Shown one piece after another: positions 35,862-46,032 of a stretch of 64,000 nt of DNA. The position numbers and the translations under genes were made by a program. Source of the stretch: Vicinamibacterales bacterium (GTDB lineage: Bacteria > Acidobacteriota > Vicinamibacteria > Vicinamibacterales > 2-12-FULL-66-21); assembly GCA_035620975.1 (NCBI GenBank), contig DASPFV010000219.1:6908-70907 (forward strand), in the 5' to 3' direction. The notes below the pieces were generated by a model that was not told where the DNA came from, ran no database searches, and saw only the letters and a list, made by a program, of their open reading frames with translations. How positions within the stretch are numbered: the first letter of the stretch is position 1; each line of letters begins with the position of its first letter.

Positions 35862-37136
35862 ATGCCTGAAGCCATACCGGCGGAGATCGAGAGCCTCTTC
35901 CGGCGCGACGCGAGCCGCCTCATCTCCGTGCTCACACGCATTCTCGGGCCGCAGAACCTCGAGCTCGCCGAGGACGTGATGCAGGACGCGTTCATCGCGG
36001 CACTGCGCGACTGGGGCCGCCAGGGCCTTCCGGAGAACCCGTCAGCGTGGTTGCTGACGGCCGCGCGGAACCGCGCCATCGACGCCATCAGGCGGGAGCG
36101 AACGCGTCGGACGTTCGCGGCCGATCTCGCCATGTATCTCGACAGCGAGTGGACGCTCGCCCGGACGGTGGACGAGGCATTCGGCGAGAACTGGATCAAG
36201 GACGACCAGCTTCGGATGATTTTCATGTGCTGTCATCCGAGCCTTCCCGTGGAGAGCCGGGTCACGCTGATCCTCAAGACACTGTGTGGCTTGTCCGTGC
36301 CCGCGATTGCCCATGCGCTGCTCTCGACCGAATCGACCATCAACAAGCGGCTGTACAGGGCGCGCCAGACGCTGAGAGACGTGCGCTTCGAGCTGCCGCC
36401 GGAGTCCGGGCGGCACACCGCGCTCGACACGGTGCACGTCGCGCTCTACCTGCTCTTCAACGAGGGCTATCTGTCGACGGGTGAAAAGCCAATCCTGCGC
36501 GAGCTGTGCAGGGACGCGATGCTGCTCGCCCGGCTCCTCGTCGAGGAGTCGTCGTTTGCGAACAGCCAGACCGTTGCCCTGCTGGCACTCATGTGCTTCA
36601 CCGCGGCACGACTGGACGCCCGGATCGACGATCAGGGGCGGCTCGTGCCGCTCGATTGTCAGGACCGTTCGCGTTGGGATCGCGCGCTGATCCGGCAGGG
36701 CTACGCCTATCTCGCCCAATCGTCCCGGATGGAGGCTGTGGCCGCCACGCCGTTTCATCTGGAGGCGGCCATCGCCGCCAGACACTGCGAGGCAGCCACC
36801 TTCGAGCAGACGGACTGGAATTCGATCTGCAGCCTCTACGACCGCCTGCTCGAGATCGATCGCTCACCGATGGTCGAAGTGAACCGTGCCGTGGCGATCT
36901 CGTTCCGCGATGGCCCGCAGGCGGCGATTCCGATCGTCGAGGCCGTTCGCGCGGCTGGCCGGCTTCCGCACACGCATGTCGTGGCGGCGGTGCTCGCGAA
37001 CCTCTACACGCGGGCCGGCTCCGAAGAACCGGCCCGTCGCTTTCTGGCCGAGGCCCTGGCCCGGGCGCGCACGCCGCACGAGCGCGAGTTGCTTGCCCTC
37101 CAGGTCGAGAGGCACGCGCCTAACCCATCTGCATGA
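35862..37136 (+). CDS. ECF-type RNA polymerase sigma factor with long C-terminal helical (TPR-like) extension (COG4941 type)
   Basis: Sigma region 2 (DVMQDAFIAALRDW...PSAWLLTAARNRAIDAIRRE), region 4 (LILKTLCGLSVPAIAHALLSTESTINKRLYRARQTL), then a ~230-aa helical C-terminal domain. Confidence 0.85.
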   Translation: MPEAIPAEIESLFRRDASRLISVLTRILGPQNLELAEDVMQDAFIAALRDWGRQGLPENPSAWLLTAARNRAIDAIRRERTRRTFAADLAMYLDSEWTLARTVDEAFGENWIKDDQLRMIFMCCHPSLPVESRVTLILKTLCGLSVPAIAHALLSTESTINKRLYRARQTLRDVRFELPPESGRHTALDTVHVALYLLFNEGYLSTGEKPILRELCRDAMLLARLLVEESSFANSQTVALLALMCFTAARLDARIDDQGRLVPLDCQDRSRWDRALIRQGYAYLAQSSRMEAVAATPFHLEAAIAARHCEAATFEQTDWNSICSLYDRLLEIDRSPMVEVNRAVAISFRDGPQAAIPIVEAVRAAGRLPHTHVVAAVLANLYTRAGSEEPARRFLAEALARARTPHERELLALQVERHAPNPSA

Positions 37137-37479
37137 TCGGCCGCACGTGCACGCAGCCGTTCGGGTTGTTGCGCAGGAACGGCGTCCCCTTCGCGAGCTC
37201 GGCCGCCTGCTCGAGCGAGTCGGCGGCGATGATCGAATAGCCCCCGATGAGCTCCTTCACCTCGGCCATCGCCATGTCGGTCTGAATACCCCGGCCGTTG
37301 GTGCGAAGCACGACGCCGCCCGGCGCGAGCGGCGCACCCGGATTGCGCAGGTTTCCGGTCGACTCGAGCTGCTTGAACCACTGCCCCCAGGCCTGCATGG
37401 CCGCCTCGATCTCCGCCTCCGAGCGCTTCTCGCGCCAGGACGGGTCCCCACCCTGGTAGATCAACAGAAAATCCGCCAT
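37120..37479 (-). CDS. YCII-related (DGPF) domain protein
   Basis: AAGGAGG lies upstream. MADFLLIYQGG...GGYSIIAADSLEQAAELAKGTPF is typical of the YCII family. It overlaps the sigma gene 3' end convergently by 17 nt. Confidence 0.8.
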   Translation of the reverse strand: MADFLLIYQGGDPSWREKRSEAEIEAAMQAWGQWFKQLESTGNLRNPGAPLAPGGVVLRTNGRGIQTDMAMAEVKELIGGYSIIAADSLEQAAELAKGTPFLRNNPNGCVHVRPIMQMG

Positions 37480-37733
37480 CGTTCGCCTCCTTGCCGGATA
37501 CGCCACCGTGAATTCGGCGGTTCGATCCAATGACGTGCGGGGCGACGGGATTGGGACATCGCCCGTCAGCCAGGAGCGCATCGCCGTGCCAACCAAAGGG
37601 GGACGAATCATGGGGCTGGAGAGGTCGGTCCTCTCTCGTCTGTGAGGCACGGTGGAGCGAAGGCCGGCGAGCGAGTCAGTCCTTGACACCCGGCGAACGG
37701 CACACCTACAGTTCGCGCCACTGGAGGTGAGCA

Positions 37734-38054
37734 GTGCCGAAATACCTGGTCCAGGCTTCCTACTCCGCGGAGGGCACGAAGGGGCTGCTGAAGGACGGCG
37801 GGTCGAAGCGGAAGACCGTCGTGCAGAAGATGGCCTCCTCCTTCGGCGGCAACGTCGAGGCGTTCTATTTTGCGTTCGGCGAGTCCGACGTCTACATCAT
37901 AATGGACGCGCCGGACAACGTGACCGCCGCCGCCGTGTCGCTGGCCGTCAACGCCACCGGCGCCGTCGCACTGAAAACCACGCCGCTGCTCTCGCCGGAG
38001 GAGATCGATCAGGCCGCAAGGAAGAGTCTGGCGTACCAGCCGCCTGGTTCGTAG
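37734..38054 (+). CDS. GYD domain protein (second copy)
   Basis: MPKYLVQASYSAEGTKGLLKDGGSKR...GESDVYIIMDAPDN is typical of the GYD family. GGAGG lies upstream of GTG 37734. Confidence 0.8.
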   Translation: MPKYLVQASYSAEGTKGLLKDGGSKRKTVVQKMASSFGGNVEAFYFAFGESDVYIIMDAPDNVTAAAVSLAVNATGAVALKTTPLLSPEEIDQAARKSLAYQPPGS

Positions 38055-38265
38055 CGGCTGTCGCGCAGGCGGCTGTCAGTTGCCGGGGCGCGCGCTCGCG
38101 GACCGCGTGATGCGCGCCCTCGGCCACGAAGCCCGGGATGCGCGAGAACCGGTCCACCACCGCGCAGCTCGTGTCAACAGGTATCCGGGGAGGGCCGCTG
38201 GCCCACGGCCATCGGAGGCGAGGCCCCGGCCAGAATGGCCGCTCAGCCCTCCGGTCTTCAGCGCC

Positions 38266-39459
38266 TCATGCGCCGGGGCACCCGGGACGGATCCCGGTTC
38301 TGACGGCAGGAATCACGTGATCCCGGAGGAGCCGCGTCGCCAGCGTCGAGGCCCCGGGATCGTTGTACCGGCCGGCGAAGATCGTCACCACCATGTCGAG
38401 ACCGGGCAGGACGTAAACTCGCTGCTGCCCGTTGCCGACCGCGGCCCTTGTCTCTATGAGCCCGGCTGCACTCGGATAGCAGTTGTACCACCAGAAGTAC
38501 GAGTAGCCGAACTCGCCGCCGGCGTCAGGGCCGGTCCGCTGACGGAACCGGAAGTGGCGCCTGGTGGAGATCTCCACCCAGTCCGCCGGAATCACCTGCT
38601 TGCCGTTCCATCGGCCGCCGTGCAGGTAGAGCGAGCCGAATTTCGCGAGGTCCCGCGCTCGCAGCCTGAGGCCGGAGGCCGCCGACGGCATACCGGCAAG
38701 ATCGCCGAGCCACTCGAAACGCGAGATGCCCAGCGGCTCGAACAACACAGTGCGTGCGTAATCGCGGAGCGGCGTGTTCGTCGCGCGCGACACCACGGCC
38801 GCCAGGGCCTGCGTCGAGCCGCCGTTGTAAGTGAACTCCCAGCCCGGCTCGTGCGCGAAGGGTCGCGACAGCGCATACCGCAGCGGCTCGGGATCGCGCG
38901 TCATCCGGATCTCGTCGTTCCGCGGATCGGTGTAGGGGATCTCTTCGTTCCACTCCAGACCGGACGTCATCCCGAGCACGTGGCCCAGCGTCACCCGACG
39001 GCGCTCGGCGGTGTCGAGATCCGCGTACTCAGGAAACCACCTGACGACCGGGTCTTCCAGCGTCTCGATCGCTCCGGCGCCCAGCGCGATGCCGAAGAGC
39101 GCGCTGACGACGCTCTTGGTCACGGAGCGGAGATCGTGGAGCGAGTCGCGCGACATCGAGACCCGTCCGAGCGGTTCGCCCCAGCGCTGATCGAATCCGT
39201 CGAAGTACTCCTCGTAAACGAGCCGGCCGGCGCGTTCGATCAGGATGGCGTGGACCCCGAGCTCGGGCCAGGCGCGGACGGCAGCGGTCATCGCGGACAG
39301 GCGGACCGGATCGACGCCCGCCGTGTGCGCGCCCGCGGTCTTCCAGCCGTCATCGAGGGCGGGCGGACCCTGAGCGGCGGTTGAGGGCGTCTGCTGCCCC
39401 GGTGCAGCCCGGGCTGCGACGAACAGGAGCATGCAGAAGGCGACCGTCAGCGTTCTCAT
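38266..39459 (-). CDS. Serine hydrolase (beta-lactamase-related family)
   Basis: Signal peptide and the S-x-x-K motif (LRSVTKSVVSAL), with an overall pattern matching class C-type hydrolases. Confidence 0.85.
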   Translation of the reverse strand: MRTLTVAFCMLLFVAARAAPGQQTPSTAAQGPPALDDGWKTAGAHTAGVDPVRLSAMTAAVRAWPELGVHAILIERAGRLVYEEYFDGFDQRWGEPLGRVSMSRDSLHDLRSVTKSVVSALFGIALGAGAIETLEDPVVRWFPEYADLDTAERRRVTLGHVLGMTSGLEWNEEIPYTDPRNDEIRMTRDPEPLRYALSRPFAHEPGWEFTYNGGSTQALAAVVSRATNTPLRDYARTVLFEPLGISRFEWLGDLAGMPSAASGLRLRARDLAKFGSLYLHGGRWNGKQVIPADWVEISTRRHFRFRQRTGPDAGGEFGYSYFWWYNCYPSAAGLIETRAAVGNGQQRVYVLPGLDMVVTIFAGRYNDPGASTLATRLLRDHVIPAVRTGIRPGCPGA

Positions 39460-39483
39460 CGCCGTGTCCTCGAACGGTGAGCG

Positions 39484-39948
39484 TCAGCGTGGCTCCAGGA
39501 TGCTGCCGTTCAGCCCGTCGAGCCGGCCGTCGCGGATCATCGCACCCAGCGTGTGCTCCTCATCCCATACCACCTGCATCGCGACCTGCGTGTCGATGCC
39601 GCGGAACGGCTGGATCTCGACCGAGGAGAGCGTCACGTGCGGCCACACATCGCCGGGGCGCGACAGCGCAGGGATCCCCTCGATGCCGGCTTCCCGCCCG
39701 GCCTCGTAATGCGCGAACAGCTCCGCTTCGACCTGCCGCCGTACGGCGGCCCACGATTCTGCCGCGCGTTCGGCGATGCGGAGGGCGCCGGCGTCGGGTC
39801 CGCCACGTGGACCCGGCAGGAACAGCACGACGCGCGTCCCCGGTTCCAGCTCGATCCCGCCGCGCCAGCGTCCGCGCACGTGCTGCAGTCGTCCGAAGAG
39901 CGGGTGCTCGTGCTCCGCGGGCTTCTTGAAGACGTCGAAGAGTCCCAT
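39484..39948 (-). CDS. Hypothetical cytoplasmic protein
   Basis: 154-aa ORF with good codon bias. The pattern (W..G.IEL ... VWPHV.L..V.I ... WDEEHTLGA...G) resembles small immunity-protein-like families, but I cannot name one with confidence. Confidence 0.5.
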   Translation of the reverse strand: MGLFDVFKKPAEHEHPLFGRLQHVRGRWRGGIELEPGTRVVLFLPGPRGGPDAGALRIAERAAESWAAVRRQVEAELFAHYEAGREAGIEGIPALSRPGDVWPHVTLSSVEIQPFRGIDTQVAMQVVWDEEHTLGAMIRDGRLDGLNGSILEPR

Positions 39949-40004
39949 TGCGGTGTGACGCCGGCCCGAAGCGTATCACCCGCGACGGCGGCCGGCCAGC
40001 CGGT

Positions 40005-40562
40005 TCATGGCGCGCCTTCCCCGGACCGACGCCTGGCAGATGCCCCCAGATCGATCCGGAGAGGAGGGTGCGGGTAGTCGCCGGCGATGATGGCCGGTAA
40101 CACGTCGGGCAGGATTGTGGGATAGACGATCTCGTCTCCCCACACGAGCCGATCCATCGAGAACCATTCCACCTGCGTCACGACGCCCGCTTCTTCCTCC
40201 GTGAGGTGGTCGAGCGACACGGTCCTGACCCCCGTTCGCGCTACGATGAACTGCTGCACGATGTGGGTTGGCTCGCCGCGCAAGATGAGATCGAGGGTGC
40301 CGTACCAGACGACTGGGCCGAAATCGACGACCTCGCGAGCGAGTCCGGTCTCCTCCAGGATCTCTCTGGCGGCGGCCTCCACCAGCGCCTCGCCCTCTTC
40401 GATCCGTCCGCCGATCAAGGTCCAGAAGCGGCCCTGGTACTCCTCCCCGATCCCCCGGATCGTCGGGTCGTCCATGCACATCAGCAGCAGCTCGTCGGCA
40501 TCGTTCAGCAGCACCACCTTCACGGTGTCCCTGACCGGAGTCATCGCCTTCGTCGTGGGCAT
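40005..40562 (-). CDS. NUDIX hydrolase
   Basis: Nudix box GGRIEEGEALVEAAAREILEETG. Confidence 0.9.
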   Translation of the reverse strand: MPTTKAMTPVRDTVKVVLLNDADELLLMCMDDPTIRGIGEEYQGRFWTLIGGRIEEGEALVEAAAREILEETGLAREVVDFGPVVWYGTLDLILRGEPTHIVQQFIVARTGVRTVSLDHLTEEEAGVVTQVEWFSMDRLVWGDEIVYPTILPDVLPAIIAGDYPHPPLRIDLGASARRRSGEGAP

Positions 40563-40584
40563 CCTGCAGGGAACTGCAACTCGC

Positions 40585-43266
40585 TCAGTGCGGCCGCGGT
40601 GCGCCGGCGAGCCATCCGTGGATCACACGCACCCTGGTTCGCGGAAGCTCTTCCTTTCTTTTGAGGACGAGAATGCGTTGACCGTCGGCTGACAACGCCC
40701 ACGACGGACCAGGGCTGTCGTTGAACTCGGTCCGCAGGATCGGGCGAGGCGGCTTCCATTCGAAATCCGGCTGCAGGCTCACGGGCGCGCCGAACCACTG
40801 GTTGCCCCTCCGGAAGATGACCTCGTTGCATCCCCGGCACCACCTCGGTTCCGTGCCCGCATCCGAAATCCTCCGTACGCGCTCCCCCGAGGTCAACGGC
40901 CGGACACTGATCCCGCCCCCCGATGCATCCCCGGCATCCGCGTACGCGATCCATCGGCCGTCCTGGGAAATGTCATGGGTGCTTCCGCTGAAACTGAAAT
41001 ACTGCGGCGCAGACCAGGCCGCCTCGCCCGCACGCGTTACGAAGCCAATGCGATTGCTCGGGAACTCGTAGAACGTGAGCCGTCCGTCGCGACCCCACGT
41101 GGTTGGCGTGAGGCGGGCCTCGGACTCGACAACGGTAACCGGAGGGCGATCCGAGTCGATCTGCTGGATCATGACCCGGTACGGTTGGCCGGCGGCGAAG
41201 CTCGTGAACGCGAGCGCGTCTCCTGCGGGCGACCATTTCGGCCAGCCGGCGGCCTCCGCCGTCGGCAGGCGGCGGGCCACGTTGCGTTCGATGTCGTGGA
41301 TGAGCACATAGTCCCTGTTGTCGGCCACATGGATGGCGACCCGGCGACCATCATCGGACAGATCGAACATGCCGTACACGCGCGGCTCGACCCCAAGAAA
41401 CTCAACGTCCCCATGCCGGCTCACCCAGGCCACTTCCGCGATGCCGACGTCGCCACCCGGGACGTAGGCGAGGACACCGGCGCCGGAGACCGCAAGCTGC
41501 AGGTGCGGGTACAAGGCATGCATCCGAACGCCGGAGGCGATCGGTACCGGTTCGCCGTCGAGTTGCGCTCGCTCCGCGTCGAATCTCGCCGCGAAGGCAC
41601 TTCCCGAGCGGCCGAACACCAGATACCCGTTTGTCGTGAGCCGTGCGTCGTATCCATCAGCAGTCAGGCTTTTTGCCTCGTGTGTCTCGAGATTCACGAG
41701 GAGAATCTGCGCAAAGTCAGAGCTGATCCCTTCACGTTTGAAAGTCACGAGGACGTGTCTCCCGTCAGGTGTCACTCGTCCGTACCGGTAGCCGTCTCTC
41801 GCCTGGGCAGCAATGACCGGCGTGCCGCCTCGAATACTGACGCGTGACAGTCGTCGTCCTTCGTCTGAGGCGAAAAAGACCTGATCGCCGGTCCACGTCG
41901 CGACCACCGCCACACGGGCGTCGCAGATGGTCGTGGTCGATCCGGTCGCCAGGGAATAGGCCTTGACCTTGTCGTTGGTCAGGAAGCCGACGGACCGGCC
42001 ATCGGGCGAGAAGAACGGGTGAATGGCTCCCTGAGTTCCATCGAGCGCCCGCACCTCGAAGCTGTCGAACTGCCGGACGAAGAGTTGACTCGTCCCGGCC
42101 GACAATCCCACGTACACAATCGTTCGGCCATCCGGCGAGATGTCGAGCAGCGTCGAATCGTATCCAACGTCGGCAGCCTCTGAATCGAGCGCCAGGGGCG
42201 CATCTGCACTCAGGTTGATCTCGGTGCTGAGGGGCTGAAGTACGCTCGCAGCTCCCGGGGATCCGGAGTCACGCCGCCAATCCCGCGTCAGCCAGAACGT
42301 ACCGGCTGCGCCAGCGGCCAGCGCGGCCACCACAGCCACGACCAGGGTCATCGGCGGATGATGACGGGCCGGCGAGGCGGCCGGTTCCGCAGTCCCCTGG
42401 CCCAGGGTCGCCAGCGCCTCGCGCAGCTCCAGTCGCGCGTCGCCGATATCCCGGAGGCGGTCACGCGGGTTCTTCTGCAGGCAGCGTCGCACGAGCCGCG
42501 CCATCGACGCCGGAGCTGCGCGGGCCAGGGCATTCCAGTCCGGTTCCCGCTCGATGACTCTCGCCAGGGTCACCGAGACGTCCTCGCCCGCGAACGCCCG
42601 CCGGCCGGTCAGCATCTCGTAGAGCACACACCCGAACGCCCACACGTCGGCTCGCTTGTCGACGGGCAACCCGCGCGCCTGCTCCGGGCTCATGTAGGTC
42701 GCGGTCCCCATGATCACCCCGAGCCGCGTCTCGGCAGGGCTGGTCAGCGTGGGCGAGAGCGACGCGTCAGGAGGGCTGGCCACCGCGTCGAGCGCCTTGG
42801 CGAGCCCGAAGTCGAGCACCTTGACCGTGCCGTCGGCGCGCACCTTGATGTTGGAGGGTTTCAAGTCTCGATGAACGATGCCGTGCTCGTGCGCCGCTTC
42901 GAGGGCCTCCGCGATTTGTTGCGCGATCGACGCAGCCTCTTCCAGGGGGAGAGCGCCTCGCGCGATACGGTCGGCCAGCGTGGGACCCTCGACCAGCTCC
43001 AGCACCAGCACCGATGGCCCAGCGGATGGCTCGAGGCCGTAAATGGAACCGATGTTTGGATGATTGAGGGCGGCGAGAACCTGCGCCTCACGCTTGAAGC
43101 GTCCGAGACGATCAGGATCGTTCGCAAAGAGGTCGGGCAGCACCTTCAGCGCGACGTCCCGATTCAGCGACGTGTCGCGCGCACGGTAGACTTCTCCCAT
43201 CCCGCCGGCACCGAGCAGCGAGAGGACTTCGTAGGCGCCGATCCGCAGGCCAGGGGTCAGCGGCAC
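40585..43266 (-). CDS. Ser/Thr protein kinase with TM helix and TolB-like WD40-type beta-propeller ectodomain
   Basis: Kinase motifs GAGGMGEVY, HRDLKPSN, DFGLA and SPEQ, followed by a TM helix. The ectodomain carries repeated DISPDGR/FSPDGR/VTPDGR/LSDDGRR/ISQDGRW propeller-blade motifs. Confidence 0.9.
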   Translation of the reverse strand: MPLTPGLRIGAYEVLSLLGAGGMGEVYRARDTSLNRDVALKVLPDLFANDPDRLGRFKREAQVLAALNHPNIGSIYGLEPSAGPSVLVLELVEGPTLADRIARGALPLEEAASIAQQIAEALEAAHEHGIVHRDLKPSNIKVRADGTVKVLDFGLAKALDAVASPPDASLSPTLTSPAETRLGVIMGTATYMSPEQARGLPVDKRADVWAFGCVLYEMLTGRRAFAGEDVSVTLARVIEREPDWNALARAAPASMARLVRRCLQKNPRDRLRDIGDARLELREALATLGQGTAEPAASPARHHPPMTLVVAVVAALAAGAAGTFWLTRDWRRDSGSPGAASVLQPLSTEINLSADAPLALDSEAADVGYDSTLLDISPDGRTIVYVGLSAGTSQLFVRQFDSFEVRALDGTQGAIHPFFSPDGRSVGFLTNDKVKAYSLATGSTTTICDARVAVVATWTGDQVFFASDEGRRLSRVSIRGGTPVIAAQARDGYRYGRVTPDGRHVLVTFKREGISSDFAQILLVNLETHEAKSLTADGYDARLTTNGYLVFGRSGSAFAARFDAERAQLDGEPVPIASGVRMHALYPHLQLAVSGAGVLAYVPGGDVGIAEVAWVSRHGDVEFLGVEPRVYGMFDLSDDGRRVAIHVADNRDYVLIHDIERNVARRLPTAEAAGWPKWSPAGDALAFTSFAAGQPYRVMIQQIDSDRPPVTVVESEARLTPTTWGRDGRLTFYEFPSNRIGFVTRAGEAAWSAPQYFSFSGSTHDISQDGRWIAYADAGDASGGGISVRPLTSGERVRRISDAGTEPRWCRGCNEVIFRRGNQWFGAPVSLQPDFEWKPPRPILRTEFNDSPGPSWALSADGQRILVLKRKEELPRTRVRVIHGWLAGAPRPH

Positions 43267-43308
43267 GGATTCGAAGGAATTATAGGCCGCGGCCCCCCGG
43301 CCTTCCCC

Positions 43309-43626
43309 TCAGACCATCGCGCCCCGCAGATGAGCGGTGACTGCCTCGACCGCGTCGAACGCCGCCGCCAGCGCATGCTCGTAGGCCGGTGCGCCTTGCA
43401 CGTCAGTGTGCGCGAAGTAGAGCCCGGGCTGCGATTGCGACGCCAGGCGCAGCGTGCCATCGGCCGGCTGCCCCGGCCGTGTCACGATCATCGGGTGCCC
43501 CCATCGTGCGATCCGGAGGCCCTCGATGTCGGCAGCCCGGAGACCGTGCGGACCGAACCCGGCGATCGCAAACGCAATCGGCGCCTCAGCGGCGATGCAA
43601 CCACTGCGTGAGCGTTCGTTCGCGGT
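43309..43626 (-). pseudogene. C-terminal fragment of an FAD-dependent (amine-oxidase/renalase-like) oxidoreductase
   Basis: The frame is open from the stop at 43627-43629. It reads ...APIAFAIAGFGPHGLRAADIEGLRIARWGHPMIVTRPGQ...QPGLYFAHTDVQGAPAYEHALAAAFDAVEAV. The only start codon lies 60 codons before the end, and no Rossmann N-terminus is present. Confidence 0.4.
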
Positions 43627-43926
43627 TCAGGGGATGCTCTGCCGGTTTTCCGGCGCATTCCTCTGATACGGACCGCCGCCACACGTCACGTCCATCCACG
43701 CATCGTTCGGTTTTCGCGTGGGGTTTCCGGACCTCTCCACGACGCGCACCGCTGGCCCCGGGTTTGAAGGCCGGAGCGCAGCGGTTCCATTTCTGGGGAG
43801 TATCCGGCAGCCGCCTCGATCGGTTGTCGCCCACGGGAGGTCCGGCAACCGGCAGGGGAGCAGCCGCCGCTGCTCTCGAGGGGCGGCCGTGTACCTGCGA
43901 ACGCGGTGCTCGAGCGGAGGCTCCCC

Positions 43927-46032
43927 ATGCTGCGAAAGACGCACGTCCCGACCCTCGGAACCACCCGAAGAGACTTCATCAGGATCGGAGCGGCCGCTGG
44001 TGGCGGTCTCTTTCTGTCCGCACGATTCGGCGGAACGCGGTACGTCTCTGCCGGGACCGTCCCCGGCGGGATGCTCGACCCCACGGGCATCAGCAAGTAC
44101 GCCACGCCGCTGCTCGTTCCGCCCGTGATGCCGCGGGCCGGGATCATCCCGACGCCCGGGGGCAAACCGGTCGACTACTACGAAATCTCGATGCGGCAGT
44201 TCAGCCAGCAGATTCTGCCGTCGGATCTGCCTGCCACGACGGTCTGGGGGTATGGGGCGGTGAGCAGCTCGAACCGCAGGGGCCTCCTCATCCACAACGC
44301 GCCGTCGCTGACGATCGAGGCGATGTGGAACAGGCCGGTCCGCGTCAAGTGGATCAACGAGCTGGTCGACGCGCAGGGCTCCTATCTGCCCCATCTGCTC
44401 CCGGTCGATCAGACGCTGCACTGGGCGAATCCGCCCGGCGGGACGGCCGGCCGTGATAGCAGGCCCTCCTTCGACGGCATGGGGACCCCCGGGTCATATA
44501 CCGGTCCAGTGCCCATCGTCACGCACGTGCATGGGGCCGTCGGTGTGGGGGACGAGAGCGACGGCTACGCCGAAGCCTGGTACCTGCCGAATGCGAACGA
44601 CATTCCCAACGGCTATGCACGGGAAGGCACCTGGTACGACTTCTTCAAGGGCAAGGCCGCGGCGGGCTTCGGTGCGTCGTGGGGACCGGGATACGCAGTG
44701 TTCCAGTATCCGAACGCCAACCGCGCGTCGACGATCTGGTACCACGACCATGCACTCGGCATGACGCGGCTCAACGTCTATGCCGGCCCCGCCGGGTTCT
44801 ACATCGTCCGCGGCGGACCCGCCGGCGACAAGGCCGTGCTCGACTCGAGAACCGGCGGGCCGGCCGTGCTCCCCGGCCCGGCTCCGAGGGAAGGTGACAG
44901 GTTCCCGCCGAACAAGGCCTACCACGAGATTCCGGTCGCGATACAGGATCGATCGTTCCGCTACGACGGGTCTCTCTTCTACCCGGATACGCGGGCGTTC
45001 TTCGACGAGTTCGCGGGCCCGTTCATCCCGGACACCGACGTGTCGCCGATCTGGAACCCCGAGTTCTTCGGCAACTGCATGATGGTGAACGGCAACACGT
45101 GGCCGTTTCTCGACGTCGAGCAGCGGCGGTACCGCTTCCGCTTCCTGAACGGCTGCCAGTCGCGCTTCCTCATCCTCGACTTCGGCAGCATTCCCGGCGT
45201 CGAGGTCTGGCAGATCGGCAACGAGGGTGGATTCCTGCCCGCGCCGGTGAACATCACCGAGAACCAGAACAACCGGCTGCTGATGGGACTCGCCGAGCGC
45301 GCCGATCTGATCGTGGATTTCACCAACGTACAGCAGGACTGGTATGTGCTGCGCAATGTCGGACCAGACGAGCCGTTCGGGGGAGGCGTTCCGGCTGAGG
45401 ATTTCGATCCGGCCGACGATGAGTCGACCGGGCAGATCATGCAGTTCAGGGTCGGCCCGCCGCGCTCCGTCGATGTCACGACGCCGCCGGCGTTCCTGCA
45501 GCTGCCCGCGATCACTCCGCTCCCGGCTGCCGATCGGACACGTCGCCTCGCGCTGCTCGAAGAAATGTCGCAGGTCACCGACGGTCCGGCGGCCGCCGTG
45601 CTCGGCACGATCGGCAGCGACGATCGACCCGAGCACCGCATGTGGGCCGACCCTGTCACCGAGAATCCGGCAGTCGGCGAGACCGAAGTGTGGGAGTTCT
45701 ACAACCTGACGGAGGACGCACACCCGATGCACGTGCACGAGGTCGTGTTCGAAGTCGTCAACCGACAGGCACTGAAAATCGAGGAGCCCGACGAGCACGA
45801 AGCGCACCCGCCGGTCGAGCTCGACGGTGAACCGCGCGATCCCGAGCCGACGGAGCTCGGGCTCAAGGACACCGTCACCGCGTATCCGGGAGAGGTGACT
45901 CGCATCCGCGCGCGCTTCGACACGCCCGGCCAGTTCGTCTGGCACTGCCACATCGTCGAGCACGAGGACAACGAGATGATGCGGCCGTACCGGGTTGGTC
46001 CGGAGCAGCCGGGCCAGCCCACGGGGAAATAA
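43927..46032 (+). CDS. Tat-exported multicopper oxidase (CotA/bilirubin-oxidase-like)
   Basis: GGAGG lies 6 nt upstream. The Tat signal is TRRDFIRIGAAAGGG. The four copper-ligand blocks are THVHGA, WYHDHA, HPMHVHE and HCHIVEHEDNEMM. Confidence 0.9.
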   Translation: MLRKTHVPTLGTTRRDFIRIGAAAGGGLFLSARFGGTRYVSAGTVPGGMLDPTGISKYATPLLVPPVMPRAGIIPTPGGKPVDYYEISMRQFSQQILPSDLPATTVWGYGAVSSSNRRGLLIHNAPSLTIEAMWNRPVRVKWINELVDAQGSYLPHLLPVDQTLHWANPPGGTAGRDSRPSFDGMGTPGSYTGPVPIVTHVHGAVGVGDESDGYAEAWYLPNANDIPNGYAREGTWYDFFKGKAAAGFGASWGPGYAVFQYPNANRASTIWYHDHALGMTRLNVYAGPAGFYIVRGGPAGDKAVLDSRTGGPAVLPGPAPREGDRFPPNKAYHEIPVAIQDRSFRYDGSLFYPDTRAFFDEFAGPFIPDTDVSPIWNPEFFGNCMMVNGNTWPFLDVEQRRYRFRFLNGCQSRFLILDFGSIPGVEVWQIGNEGGFLPAPVNITENQNNRLLMGLAERADLIVDFTNVQQDWYVLRNVGPDEPFGGGVPAEDFDPADDESTGQIMQFRVGPPRSVDVTTPPAFLQLPAITPLPAADRTRRLALLEEMSQVTDGPAAAVLGTIGSDDRPEHRMWADPVTENPAVGETEVWEFYNLTEDAHPMHVHEVVFEVVNRQALKIEEPDEHEAHPPVELDGEPRDPEPTELGLKDTVTAYPGEVTRIRARFDTPGQFVWHCHIVEHEDNEMMRPYRVGPEQPGQPTGK

